A stretch of 64,000 nucleotides of DNA from Octopus sinensis (taxonomy: Eukaryota). The translations under genes were made by a program, and so were the position numbers. Location of the stretch: contig NC_043002.1 in NCBI RefSeq assembly GCF_006345805.1, positions 52,762,001 through 52,826,000 of the forward strand, in the 5' to 3' direction. The notes under the pieces are model-generated. The model ran no database searches. It saw only the letters and a list, made by a program, of their open reading frames with translations, and had not been told where the DNA came from. This document shows positions 16,456 to 28,735 of the stretch, piece by piece. Position 1 is the stretch's first letter. Each line of letters begins with the position of its first letter.

Positions 16456-17462
16456 CGTATATATATATATATGGTAGACATTTCGATGTATGCTCGTGTT
16501 CCAGAAGTATGTGCGCGCTATAAAGAGATCGTTTTCCAGAATATGTGATGTGCGCTCGTTTGTGATGTTCTCTCAGTGTGTATTTGTGTGTGTGTGTGGT
16601 GTGTGTGTGTGGTGTGTATGTGTATGTGTGTGTGTGTGTGTGTGTGTTGTGTGTATGCGCGTCTGTTACTGTGCATTTGTGTGATTGTGTATTTCAAGCA
16701 CATTAAAATCTTTGTTATCTTGTACTTCAGATTATTTTTGCATAGATATGTATCAGATAAGATATATTGACGTATTTCCAACTATATCAATCCTATGCTT
16801 TATCACATACGCGCCTATGCACACGCAAACACACACACACAGACGCACATAAACACACACAATTATATACGTATATATATATATTTATAATATCTATAAG
16901 TATATTTCTGCATGCAATATGTATGCATATATATATATATATATATATATAGATAGATAGATAGATAGATAGATAACAGCAAAGAATACTTCCGCTGGTG
17001 TTTTCCGATGCTTTCCAAAGTGGAATTAATTTTGTATAAGCACGCAAAGCAGCAAAGTTCAAAATAATGGTGTTTACGTTTATCTTTTTACAATTTCTGT
17101 ATACTAGGATCTGATAGGCATTCTATGCGAGCTTTGTCACAGAGGAAAATTTCTACATTCTACCTAAAGTCAGAGGTTTTCGGTTAACTGCAAATGGTCA
17201 AGGTAGTGTCAACCAATGAACAGGCAAAATTACGTGCAAACACTGTGTCTGGTTGTCTGCTGACGTTATTTGTACACAAACTCTATATGGGCAATTCTTT
17301 TTGTCTTTTCCAAAATCCATTCACATTCTAGTGTTCAGGAACGCGTTAAAAACAAATGTACACCTATCTATCTACCTACCTATGTATGTATGTATGTATG
17401 TATGTATGTATGTATGTATGTATGTATGTATGTATGTATGTATGTATGTATGAATGTATGTA

Positions 17463-17958
17463 TGGTCGGGTCGTCGTCGACTAAACCGGCAACCCCACCA
17501 AGCTTGCTTGGTGAGGAGGGTGTTTATTGGACACCCTGCGGGATGAAAAACAAAACCCGTCAAAGGGCGGAGGAAATCTTGAGAGTCAACGGCCATCCAA
17601 TAAATGTCTTAAGGATGTATCATGCGCGGGGACATAGAAATAATCGAACTGAATACCCGATCGCGCGGTTAAACCATTGGGAGTGATGGGCTCCTAGCCT
17701 TTGTTAGGGCATCCTTCTAGGAGAAGGTAACTCAGGTAACTGGGATAACTCCGACATAAAACCTGCGGCTCAGTGGTTACCGATGATGTTGACTTGTTCT
17801 TCTTTTCGGATTATGGCTGCTGTTGCTTAGTGAGTGGGATTGACTCAGTGCACAGCCTTTCCTCACTTTAAAAAACACTCTTCTTGCACAGGCATTGCAC
17901 GATAACAACATTGATTACGCTTCGGCATGGCCATACTCGATAACGAGGGGCAGTCACC
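17463..17958 (+). mobile_element. Probable non-autonomous retroelement or LINE (RTE-like) 5' UTR segment
   Basis: A 0.5-kb GC-balanced block between (TATG)n and (TA)n tracts. CCTTCTAGGAGAAGGTAACTC resembles RTE-type 5' regions from recall only. Confidence 0.4.
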
Positions 17959-17972
17959 ATATATATATATAC

Positions 17973-18005
<33 letters not shown>

Positions 18006-18009
18006 CATA

Positions 18010-18044
<35 letters not shown>

Positions 18045-18125
18045 TAATATATATATATATATAATATAATATATGTATGTATGTATGTATGTATATATAT
18101 ATATGCATATGCGCGCGCGCATATA

Positions 18126-18973
18126 CAGGGTGCGATGGGTAAATTGTCGCCATTTTATATTTTTTATTTCGTGCATGCGCATTGTTTGTTTTTGATTTTG
18201 TCAACTACACAGTATAGTAGGGTCAGTGAGCACCGTCTGTGAGAAAACAGCACCATGATGCAATTCACTCTGCCAGAAATTTGGAAACAACATGCTGAAC
18301 TGCTTGGCATTCACACCGGAAGGTCCAATACGAACATTTCAGAGTGCTTGAGTGTCGATCTGAGGACAGTGCAATTTCGTCAACATCATGGTGTTTGGAG
18401 TGATCACTACTGATGGCGACGTTATGCCCCCATTCATCTTCCTACACGACCTCAGACTCAACATGGAGGCCTACATCAAGTGCCTGGAGGAGGTGCTGCT
18501 GCCCTGAGTCAAGAGGGTGACTACTAGAAGACCATGTGTCTGGCAACAGGACTCTGCACGATGCCACACAGGCAGGAGCACCCAGTTATGGCTGTCAGAC
18601 AATTTCTGCGACCACATCATACCTAACATCTAGCCACCTAACTCCCCAGACTGCAACTCACTTGATTAAAATCTGAGGGGCGCAGTTGAGTGAGAGACTA
18701 ACAAAACTCCTTGTAACACCAAAGAGGAAGTGAAGGCAAGGATTATGGTAGCATTCACCAACTTAAATAAGAAGATTGTCCAGAAGAGATGCCGCAGATT
18801 CTCAAGTCGTCTTGAGGCCGTGATTGAAGCCAATCGCGATTTTATTTAATAAATATACTATTTAGGATTTCAAGATATTTTTATGTAATTTTCGTAAATA
18901 CATCTGTTAAAATGAGATGTCAGAGTTATTTCATTCTTGCGTAATTTATACGATAGTTATTCACAGTACTCTG
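18126..18973 (+). mobile_element. Tc1/mariner-superfamily transposon relic, DD37D (maT) type, internally deleted
   Basis: Left end TA|CAGGGTG, degenerate right TIR ...GTACTCTG. Transposase remnant IMVFGVITTDGDVMPPFIF...WQQDSARCHT...PNI*PPNSPDCNSLD has 37 residues between the 2nd and 3rd catalytic Asp, plus stop codons. Confidence 0.85.
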
Positions 18974-19649
18974 TGTATATATATATATAATATATATATA
19001 TATATAATATATATATATATTTTATATGTGAGTGTGTGTGTGTGTGTGAATATATATTATGTGTATATATGTATATATACATGTATGCATACACACACAC
19101 CACACACACATATAATTATATATATATATATATATATAATATATATGTATATATACATGCATATACATATACATACCCACACACATATATGTATGTATGT
19201 ATGTATGCATGTATGCATGCAGGTATGTATTATAAAAGTATATGAAAGCAATAAGTATTCGTTTGCGTATATTACAGCAAAAACTAAATACGTATAAATA
19301 CATTTTCTTATCTTTAGCAAATACTTGCGGATTAACGACTACAAAAGTTGAACATCTGCTAGACTATCAAACGCCGGTGCCTTTAAATCTTAATCTGCTT
19401 TATCGTATTGTACTTCTCGGAAAATAAAAGAAAGTTAATAAATAAAGGATTCTACAAACTCGGTGTTTCGCCATTTAATAAAACATAATGTTCATTTTCC
19501 TAATAGTCACGTACGGAGAATTAATAAAGATAGAGAAAAACTTTTGCTGTCATCGAGTTAACCTTCTCAGTCGCTGAAATAGTTCATACTGTTGTCAGTG
19601 TTGGATTTCCAGGATAGTGCATTTCAAAAGAAAATAAATATATAGCCAC

Positions 19650-19805
19650 ATACGTGGCTGTGTGAGAAGAATTTTGCTTCTCAACCACATGGTTTCGGGT
19701 TTAGTCCTATTGCGTGGCACCTTGGGCAAGTGTCTTCTACTATAGACTCGGATCGACCAAAGACTTGTGAGTGAACTCAGTAGACTGAAAATGAAATCCC
19801 GTCGC
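19650..19805 (+). mobile_element. Family B SINE, 5' part
   Basis: GTGGCTGTGTGAGAAG...GTGGCACCTTGGGCAAGTGTCTTCTACTATAG. Confidence 0.75.
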
Positions 19806-19869
19806 GCGCGCGCGTGTGGTGTGTGTGTGTGTGTGTGTGTGTCACGTGACAGACTAGGCTGTCAGAGGT

Positions 19870-20052
19870 TTTAGGAGAGGGAAAAGTCAGTTACATCGAC
19901 CCCATTATTCAACTGGTAGTTACTTTATCGAATCCGAAGGGATGAAAGGTAAAGTCGACCTCGGTAGAATTTGAAATCTGAACGTAAAGACGGACGAAAT
20001 GCCACTAAATATTTTTCACAGTGTACTAAAAATTCTGCCAGCTCGCCGCCTT
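19870..20052 (-). mobile_element. Family A SINE
   Basis: Reverse complement of the family A head (TCTGCCAGCTCGCCGCC) and body (GATGAAAGGTAAAGTCGACCTCGG). Confidence 0.8.
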
Positions 20053-20480
20053 CGGACCTATGTATACTAAAATTACGTGAAATAAAGTGTCTTGCTCAAG
20101 GACAGAACGCGCAGCCAGGAATCGAACTCCCGGCCTTACGATCGTAATCCGAACACCTTAACCACTAAGCCACGCGCCTTTACTATGGTGATTCGGCAAA
20201 AGAGGCCAATTGAATAGGTACCGGGCTTGAAAATAAGTCCTGTGGTCGATTTGTTCCACTGAACTATTCAAGGGGGTGTCTCAGCATGGCCACAGTCCAA
20301 TTACTGAAGCAAGTAAAAGATTAAAGATACAAAAAGACGAGACGGTTCTAGCTGGAACAGCTTTGTTCATGGATCTTCTTTACCAGGGGTGACTGGGAAT
20401 ACCAACAACAACACGAACAACAGTTACCGTCATAAGGTAATAGTAGTAAAGTTACGGTCATAAAGTAATAGTAGTAAAGA

Positions 20481-20670
20481 GGCGGCGAGCTGGCAGAAAC
20501 GTTAGCACACCGGGAAAAATGCGTAGCCGTATTTCGTCTGCCGTTACGTTCTGAGTTCAAATTCCGCCGAGGTCGACTTTGCTTTTCATCCTTTCGGGGT
20601 CGATTAAATAAGTACCAGTTACGTACTGGGGTCTCTCTGTGTTTAGCCCCTTGTGGGTAGTTAAGAAATA
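20481..20670 (+). mobile_element. Family A SINE
   Basis: Full head; 16-bp TSD GTAATAGTAGTAAAGA at 20465-20480 and 20672-20687. Confidence 0.9.
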
Positions 20671-21171
20671 GGTAATAGTAGTAAAGATGATGGCAGCGAT
20701 TGAGAAGGCGGGGGAAAATTTACAACGGTGGTTCTGATGGTGGTAGTAATAACCTTTTCTACTAGCAAAGTGATTACGGTGACATCGGATAAAAAGCTTG
20801 CAGTATTTGTTTCAGATCTCTTGCATTCTGGGTTTAAATCTGACCTTTTGTCACTGGCGATAACTGGATGGCCTTGGAATGCAAATGGAGGCTCAAGATC
20901 TATGCATTCAACAAGCACTATATGTATATTTTAATGTGTATTTCTCTTTGCGTTTGCTCTTCACCACCGTTTGACTACTGATGCTGGTTTCTGTACGTCC
21001 CATTAACTTAGAGCGAAATAAATAAAGACACACTCACACATACACATACTTATGTATATGTACATGCATGCGTGTGCGTATGTCTGAAAAAACAGGTAAA
21101 TGTATAAAGATGTATAGTATTCTTTAGACATTGCTTCTTACAAATGCCATGTTCTTTTTCTCTTTATTCAG

Positions 21172-21271
21172 GGTGGTATATACGTGGTCCAGCTATTAGA
21201 TACTTATGGTGCCCCAATATCTATATTGTTTGTTGTCTTTCTGGAATCCGTAGCAGTTTCTTGGATTTACG
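21172..21271 (+). CDS. SLC6A4: SLC6 monoamine (SERT-like) transporter, internal exon encoding TM10
   Basis: Acceptor ttctttttctctttattcag, 100-nt exon [34 protein letters not shown], donor gtaaat. Matches the SLC6 TM10 exon in sequence and phase. Confidence 0.9.
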
Positions 21272-21276
21272 GTAAA

Positions 21277-21384
<108 letters not shown>

Positions 21385-21659
21385 GTCTATCTTTTAAGCT
21401 AACCAGCTACATGTTATATATATATATATTGGATACCGTATCCTAAGCAAACAATAATACATTCGTATATGTTTTTCAATTGAAACACTGAATCATTTTG
21501 GACATTTATTATATATACTAATTATACTAATTATACTAATTATCTTTTTTAATAATTTTTATATATATTTAAATAATATAAATAATTAATCTTATGTATT
21601 GGCTTAAGTTTTTTATTGTATGATTTGCCTAATAGTGGTTTTATCTCTAATTTAATATA

Positions 21660-21715
<56 letters not shown>

Positions 21716-21718
<3 letters not shown>

Positions 21719-21900
21719 GTGAGAATTTACAAAAGACGAAGACGGGTGTGTAAGCAATAAACAGATGTATTAGTTTAACTCTCGGGAAGTGAGAAAGTCT
21801 TTTGCGTTTCGACCCTACGCTCTTCCACAGAAAGAAACACAGAATTAAACAGAGAGAGAAAATGAAAAAAACAAAAAGAGTTTAGTGGCTAGCGAAGTAT
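21716..21900 (-). mobile_element. Penelope-like pLTR remnant with decayed minimal hammerhead
   Basis: Minus strand TGGAAGAGCGTAGGGTCGAAACGCAAAAGA resembles a minimal hammerhead core with substitutions; adjoins a (TA)n tract. Confidence 0.4.
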
Positions 21901-21978
21901 CAATAATATTAATACGCAATTTTTTTGTTTTTGTACGTATCTGCTGTGTGCTGCACACTTACTTCAAAGAAGTGGCAA

Positions 21979-22033
<55 letters not shown>

Positions 22034-22479
22034 GGGTACCGAGAGGAAGTAAGAAAGAGAGAGAATGAGAAAGCGAGGGAGAAAGAGAGGGGGAAAGAGA
22101 CAGTGAGTGGTGACGGCATTCGTTTATTATTTTTAAATGCTTATATATATACATTATTAAATCAAAAGCGGGAGAGAAGAGGGACACAAAGCAAGTGAAA
22201 GAGAAAGAGAGAAACTGAGAGAAACAGCAGATACATAAAACCAAAGAAAAGTTCGTACATACATACACACAGCAAATATTTTATGTCAATTTCCCTTTTC
22301 ATTACCACACGAGGATAAAATTAACTCAAAAGTGGCTGAGTGCTCCACAGACATGCATAACATCAACGTAGTTCTCAGGGAGATTCAGCCTCACACAAAA
22401 TTTGACAAGGCTGGTCTCTTTGAATTACAACCACAACTCGAGACATATATATGACGTCTCTGTGTTGTGGCAGACAGAA

Positions 22480-22856
22480 GCTGAAAGTGCTGTGATTCAC
22501 ACCACCCCTTCTCTTTAAACGTTAAGATCAGAGTAGGTAACATCTTCCTTAGTTTAGTTGATACACCCTTCCCCCGTACTAATGGATTCAATAAAATATT
22601 TAATAGACATACCCTAAGACTATCCTTGAGCTATGCACCTAGTGTGAAAAGAAATTTTAGTAGGTAGGCCTACACCCGAGGTAGAGGTAGGATGCTCATG
22701 TAGAGGTAAGACACAAAAGTCGCCACATTTTCATATCGGCTAAATCTGATGAGCGTAAGGTTATATAAACGGACTGTTACCTAACACTCTATTAGTTTCC
22801 TTGCGTGAAACCGATTGGAAAAATCAGCCGTGATGGATATATAATACTTATATTTC

Positions 22857-22860
<4 letters not shown>
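22480..22860 (+). mobile_element. Penelope-like element (PLE) fragment: ORF remnant plus pLTR with hammerhead
   Basis: Translates KVL*FTPP/FSLNVKIRVGNIFLSLVDTPFPRTNGFNKIFNRHTLRLSLSYAPSVK, matching the PLE motif WFNPP.S.NV.T.IG..FL.L.D.HFP....L.KIFNR.T.K.SYS. Followed by a hammerhead motif and (TA)n. Confidence 0.8.
22737..22830 (+). ncRNA. Type I hammerhead ribozyme motif, decayed at the cleavage triplet
   Basis: Stem I CGGCT/AGCCG; CTGATGA at 22746-22752; stem II GCGTAAGG/CCTTGCGT with a long loop; GAAA at 22807-22810; near-palindromic stem III CCGATTGG. The required U of NUH is replaced by A. Confidence 0.7.
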
Positions 22861-22902
<42 letters not shown>

Positions 22903-22920
22903 CATACATACATACATACA

Positions 22921-22953
<33 letters not shown>

Positions 22954-23899
22954 GCGTATGTGTGTTTATCTGCCAAAATGTTGATTTATGTCTGTCTGTC
23001 TATCTATCTATCTATCATCTTTTACATTCATATTCATGAACTATGTAAATATACGCAAACAAATAGTATTTGGTATTTTAATTGGGTGAAGGTATTTGTA
23101 TTGAATTTATTTTGTTTACTCTAAATGGTATTTGTATTAACGATGATCTGTTTCTAAAAGCTCAGGGTCAATTTTGGTATAAGGTACTTCAAGAAATGTG
23201 CAGTAGAGGTTAGAGTCGAAAACGACGAGTGAGAATTTTTTACTAAAACAGCATTAGTAAATGTATTAAACCTTTGTGAATTGACATACATATACAGGCA
23301 GGTTCATGCATGTATATATATCATACATATATGCATATATACAAATATTAGGTCTGCACAATCGCATACTTAGCGTGGGAGGTTATTCATTGAATTTACG
23401 ATAAATAGTAGACTCAAACATTAATGCTATAGATATGATTCTGGTTAAATAACTGGTTATTCCTGTAATCGTTGTCACTGAAAAACAAAACGTTATTCTA
23501 GATCATAGGTGATATTTGACTAACTTTAGTTCACAACGCAGAGATTTGCTTGAAACAACGTGTTATGACACATCAACAAAAACAGTGAGTATCGGAGAGG
23601 AACAACAACGAGAAATGAAAGAGAATCTTATTACTTGTAGTAACAGCAGGAATCGACGCTACAAGAGAACTTCCACTATTAATAACATGGATACAATGTA
23701 ACTAGAAAATATACTGGGGTGAAATTCACTCAGAGCTATGTTAATTTATTATAAATATTTGCATAATATAAACACATGCAAATAGCATTTGTTGAAAGCA
23801 AGAGGAGGGTTAACGACTAATTTATTAAAAAAAAAATAACGAGACAAATTATATTCCGCAAATATCACGTGAACATGAACCTAAAACAGTTACGACTAT

Positions 23900-24382
23900 A
23901 GTTATTGTTATTGATTTTATCAGGTTCGTTCTTATTCCTGGTAGAATTTATGTGGGTAGCGAGTTGCTACCTGCAACCTTAGGTATCCACAAGCTTCCAA
24001 TGGTCTTTCAAGAACTTGAAGACCCTCCCGATAATCTCCCCTGCTCCTAAGCGGCAAACATTCTGTAGAAGCTCTACAGGACATTCTATTTCAATTTCCT
24101 TCAAATATTTGTCTATATATTTACTTACAGTTCCCATTGCACCAATTATTAAAGGCACAACCTTTACAGTTTCTTGCAATTTCAAATTTTAAGGGATTAT
24201 AAGTCTTTTGCTTTTCATACCCTTTCTTTACAAACCTGGGATCAAGTGGGCATGATGGATCAACTAGAAAGCAGCTTCGCTTTACCTTGTCTATTATTGT
24301 CATGTCTAGTCTGTTATTTTTCTAGCTTCTTATCCATTTGAATCGGAAAATCCCACAAAATTTTGCATTTCTCCGCCTCCAG
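23900..24382 (-). mobile_element. R4/Dong-clade non-LTR retrotransposon 3' fragment (restriction-like endonuclease domain)
   Basis: [41 protein letters not shown]...VKVVPLIIGAMGTV with frameshifts; abuts a (TAA)n tract. Confidence 0.85.
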
Positions 24383-24439
<57 letters not shown>

Positions 24440-24504
24440 CATCATTATTATTATAATGCTGTCACTATTATCGTTAATATTACTATCAATAATCATTATT
24501 CTAG

Positions 24505-24605
24505 GAGTGAACAGATTTAGTGATGATATCGAATCCATGATCGGTACCCGCCCAGGTATCTTTTGGCGTGGCTGTTGGGCGGTGGTCAGCCCAGTCTTCT
24601 TGTTG
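24505..24605 (+). CDS. SLC6A4: SERT-like transporter, internal exon encoding TM11 (GC donor)
   Basis: Acceptor ttctag, 101-nt exon (G)[33 protein letters not shown], donor gcaagt. Only this donor keeps frame with the next exon. Confidence 0.88.
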
Positions 24606-24745
24606 GCAAGTATTTAATTATCTATATTTCAACACAATTCCACCAAAAGACTAATTGAAAACCTATGTATGAATGCACGTATGTATGGTATGTATCTATA
24701 CCTAACTACCTACATTTCTGTCTGTCTGTCTGTCTGTCTATCTAC

Positions 24746-24835
<90 letters not shown>

Positions 24836-24852
24836 GTGTGCATATGTATATA

Positions 24853-24921
<69 letters not shown>

Positions 24922-24968
24922 GCGTGTATATATATATATATATATATATATGAAAATAAGCATCAGGA

Positions 24969-25393
24969 TATTCAGAGGTAATGCAGTACGATCGTTTTAA
25001 GCGACTCAATTTAATTGAACAATGCAATCATTACATCAATTTAAATGCAGAGCAATCCTCGGCTGCATAAATACATAGAGTTAAATTAAATTAAACAGAT
25101 GGTCACATTAGTATAATTTTACCTAAAACCTCCAAGACGTAGAAGATGCTGTCTTCACTTCAGCTTAGAAGTAGCTTCTCAACTGAAGTGAAGACAGCAT
25201 GTTCTTTGTGTATCTCCTTACCTCCTTGGAGGTTTTAGGCAAAATTATACTAATGTGTCCTTATGTTTTAATTTAATTTAATTCTATGTATTTATGCAGC
25301 TGAGGATTGCTCTGAATTTAAATTGATGTAATGATTGCGTTGTTCCATTAAATGGAGTCGCTTGAAACGATCGTATTGCATTACTTCTGAATA
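24969..25393. repeat. Fold-back palindrome of about 425 bp, probably PLE pLTR-derived
   Basis: Left arm TATTCAGAGGTAATGCAGTACGATCG... is the reverse complement of the right arm ...CGATCGTATTGCATTACTTCTGAATA. Centre AGAAG-TAG-CTTCT at about 25167-25179. Confidence 0.92.
25294..25381 (+). ncRNA. Type I hammerhead ribozyme with intact core, extended stem II and palindromic stem III
   Basis: ATGCAG, CTGAGGA (25300-25306), 57-nt stem II region, GAAA (25364-25367), CGATCG, TA, TTGCAT. Predicted cleavage after GUA at 25375. Confidence 0.75.
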
Positions 25394-25494
25394 ATGATTA
25401 CTTTGATCACCTTATTTTGAAATTGTTTTGAAGTTGTATGGATAATACCGTACTAAATTCTGGTGCCTCAACTTAAGTACCTAATTCATCTGAA

Positions 25495-26703
25495 TATATA
25501 TATATATATAATATATATTATATATAATATATATATATATATATATATCTATATATATATATATGTATATATAATGTATATGTATATATATATGTATATG
25601 TATATATATATATGTATTATATATATATGTATATGTATATATATACGTATATGTATATATATATGTATATGTATATTATATATGTATATTGTATATGTTA
25701 TATATATATGTAGATATTATGTATATGTATATAATATGTTATATATATATATGTATATATATATATATGTATATATATATGTATATGTATATATATATGT
25801 ATATATATATATGTATATATATATGTATATATATATATATATGTGTATATATATATATGTGTATTATATATGTATATATATATAATATATATATATATAA
25901 TATATGTATATATGTATATATATATATGTAAATATATGTGTAAATATATACATATATGTATATATATACATATATGTATATATATATACACATATGTACA
26001 TAGATATATATAGATAGATAGATGTATATATATGTATATATATGTATATATATATGTATATATATGTATATATATGTATATATATATGTATATATAATGT
26101 ATATATATGTATATATATGTATAATATATGTATATATATATATGTATATATATAATGTGTATATATATATATGTAGATATATATATATATATATATGTAA
26201 TATATATATATGTATGTATATATATATATATCATATGTATATATGTATATATATATATGTACATTATGTGTAAATATATATACATATATGTATATATATA
26301 TACATATGTATATATATATACTATATGTATATATATATACATATATGTATATATATATACACATATGTACATAGATATATATCTATAGATAGATAGATAA
26401 TATATATATGTATATATATTATATATATGTATATAAATGTAATATATATGTATATATATGTATATATATATATAGTATATATATAATATATATGTGTATA
26501 TATATATATATGTATAATATATATGTATATATATATATGTATATATATATGTATATATATATATATGTTATATATATGTATATATTTCCATTTCCTGAGC
26601 GCCTATTAATAATAATACTGTAATTGTTCCATTGTTGTTGTTTTTTTGTTTCCCGTTTGGATTAAAATTATATATATATGTATATATATATAATATATAT
26701 ATG

Positions 26704-26764
<61 letters not shown>

Positions 26765-26767
26765 GTA

Positions 26768-26799
<32 letters not shown>

Positions 26800-27164
26800 G
26801 TTATATATATATATGTATAATATATATCATGTATATTATATATATGTATATATATATTATATTATATATATATATATATTATATATATATATGTATATAT
26901 TAAATTATATCTAATTCTCTCACCCTTATTAATTATTATATATGTATATATATGTATCTATAGGTTTATATATATATGTATATATGTTAGATATATGTAT
27001 ATATATATATGTATATAATATGTATATATATATATGTATATATATATATGTATATATATATGTATATATATATGTATATATATGTATATATATATATAAT
27101 ATATATATTAATATATAATGTATATATATATATGTATATATATATGTATATATATATGTATATA

Positions 27165-27217
<53 letters not shown>

Positions 27218-27260
27218 ATATATATGTATATGTATAATTATATGTAATATATATGTGTGT
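25495..27260. repeat. Long degenerate (TA)n/(TATG)n field in a SERT intron
   Basis: Directly visible. Confidence 0.95.
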
Positions 27261-27419
27261 ATGTATGTACGTACGCACACATATATATGTATGCATAAAA
27301 TAGCTCTGCAAAACATAAACAATAAAAGTATAAATTTATTTTATATTTTTTGGCGCTGAAATGTTTGTTTTCGACATTAAATATGTATATATATATTTTT
27401 TCCTGTATCCTCTCCACAG

Positions 27420-27587
27420 ATGTTATTCACTTTATCTGTAGTGAGTGACAGTGGCCCAGTGTACGGAAATTATCAATACCCGTCGTGGTCTATCGGAATT
27501 GGTTGGATTATAGTGTGTTCTTCTTTAATATGCATTCCGCTTTATATAATATATAAATTCTTCACATTGGAAGGATCAGTGTGTGAG
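27420..27587 (+). CDS. SLC6A4: SERT-like transporter, penultimate coding exon (EL6/TM12)
   Basis: Acceptor tcctctccacag, 168-nt exon MLFTLSVVSDSGPVYGNYQYPSWSIGIGWIIVCSSLICIPLYIIYKFFTLEGSVCE, donor gtaagt. The SSLICIP.YI motif is SERT-like. Confidence 0.92.
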
Positions 27588-27743
27588 GTAAGTATTAATC
27601 ATTTAAACTTTTATTTCAACATCTATACAGCCCTAATTGACGCTAGCCATGTTTTTTCGGTACGAGTAGTATCATGTCGTTAAGACAAATCGCTTGACAA
27701 TGACGCGACTCTTTATTAAAGTGGTATAAAAGTGTCTATTAAA

Positions 27744-27974
27744 GGTGGCGAGCTGGCAGAAACGTTAGCACGTCGGGCGAAATGCTTAGCGGTATTTCGT
27801 CTGCCGTTACGTTGTGAGTTCAAATTCCGCCGAGGTCGACTTTACCTTTCATCCTTTCGGGGTCGATGAATTAAGTACCAGTTACACACTGGGGTCGATG
27901 TAATCGACTTAATACCTATGTCTCTCCTTGTTTGTCCCCTCTATGTTTAGCCCCTTCTGGGTAATAAAGAAATA
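27744..27974 (+). mobile_element. Family A SINE
   Basis: Full-length copy ending GTAATAAAGAAATA. Confidence 0.9.
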
Positions 27975-28504
27975 GGTATTAATGTGTCTTCTCGCGTGAT
28001 ATCGGTGTCTACTGAAGCCGTGTCACTGAGTTTCTAAGCTAGTCGGATGGACTCGTTCTAAATTCGTCGCCTTTATAGGGTTTCCATCTGTTGCAAGCAT
28101 TTATATAAAACCTCCCGTCTAAAGATAGCCCAAAGCCCAAGAATCGGAGGGATTTGCTTGCAGAAGGTTATAGAAGATGATCTTATTCTGACTATGCCAT
28201 TAAAATAATGCTTGTCTCAAACTTTACGTTCAAGGGCTTACTTTCAATATGAGCAGGACTGATGGTTCTGAAAATTCTCGGTCTCCTTCCTTGTGTATTT
28301 CAAGACGATGCCATATCGGAAGAGAACGAAGCTTTCGTCAATTTAACAGTAGTGTCCTTGTTTACAGGAATGTTACACACAGCGCTTACAAACACAAACA
28401 CACACATAATGTATGCAAACATGTATGCACGTATGCATGTATGTATGTGTGCATGTATGCGTGTATGTATGTGTGTATGCGTGTGCACACATTGGTATGT
28501 TTTA

Positions 28505-28735
28505 GGCGGCGAGCTGGCAGAATCGTTAGCACGCCGGGCGAAATGCTTAGCGGTATTTCGTCTGCCGTTACGTTCTGAGTTCAAATTCCGCCGAGGTCAA
28601 CTTTGCCTTTCATCCTTTCGGGGTCGATAAATTAAGTACCAGTTACGCACTGGGGTCGATGTAATCGACTTAATACTTATGTCTGTCCTTGTTTGTCCCC
28701 TCTATGTTTAGCCCCTTCTGGGTAATAAAGAAATA
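28505..28735 (+). mobile_element. Family A SINE
   Basis: Full-length; TSD GGTATGTTTTA at 28494-28504 and 28736-28746. Confidence 0.92.
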
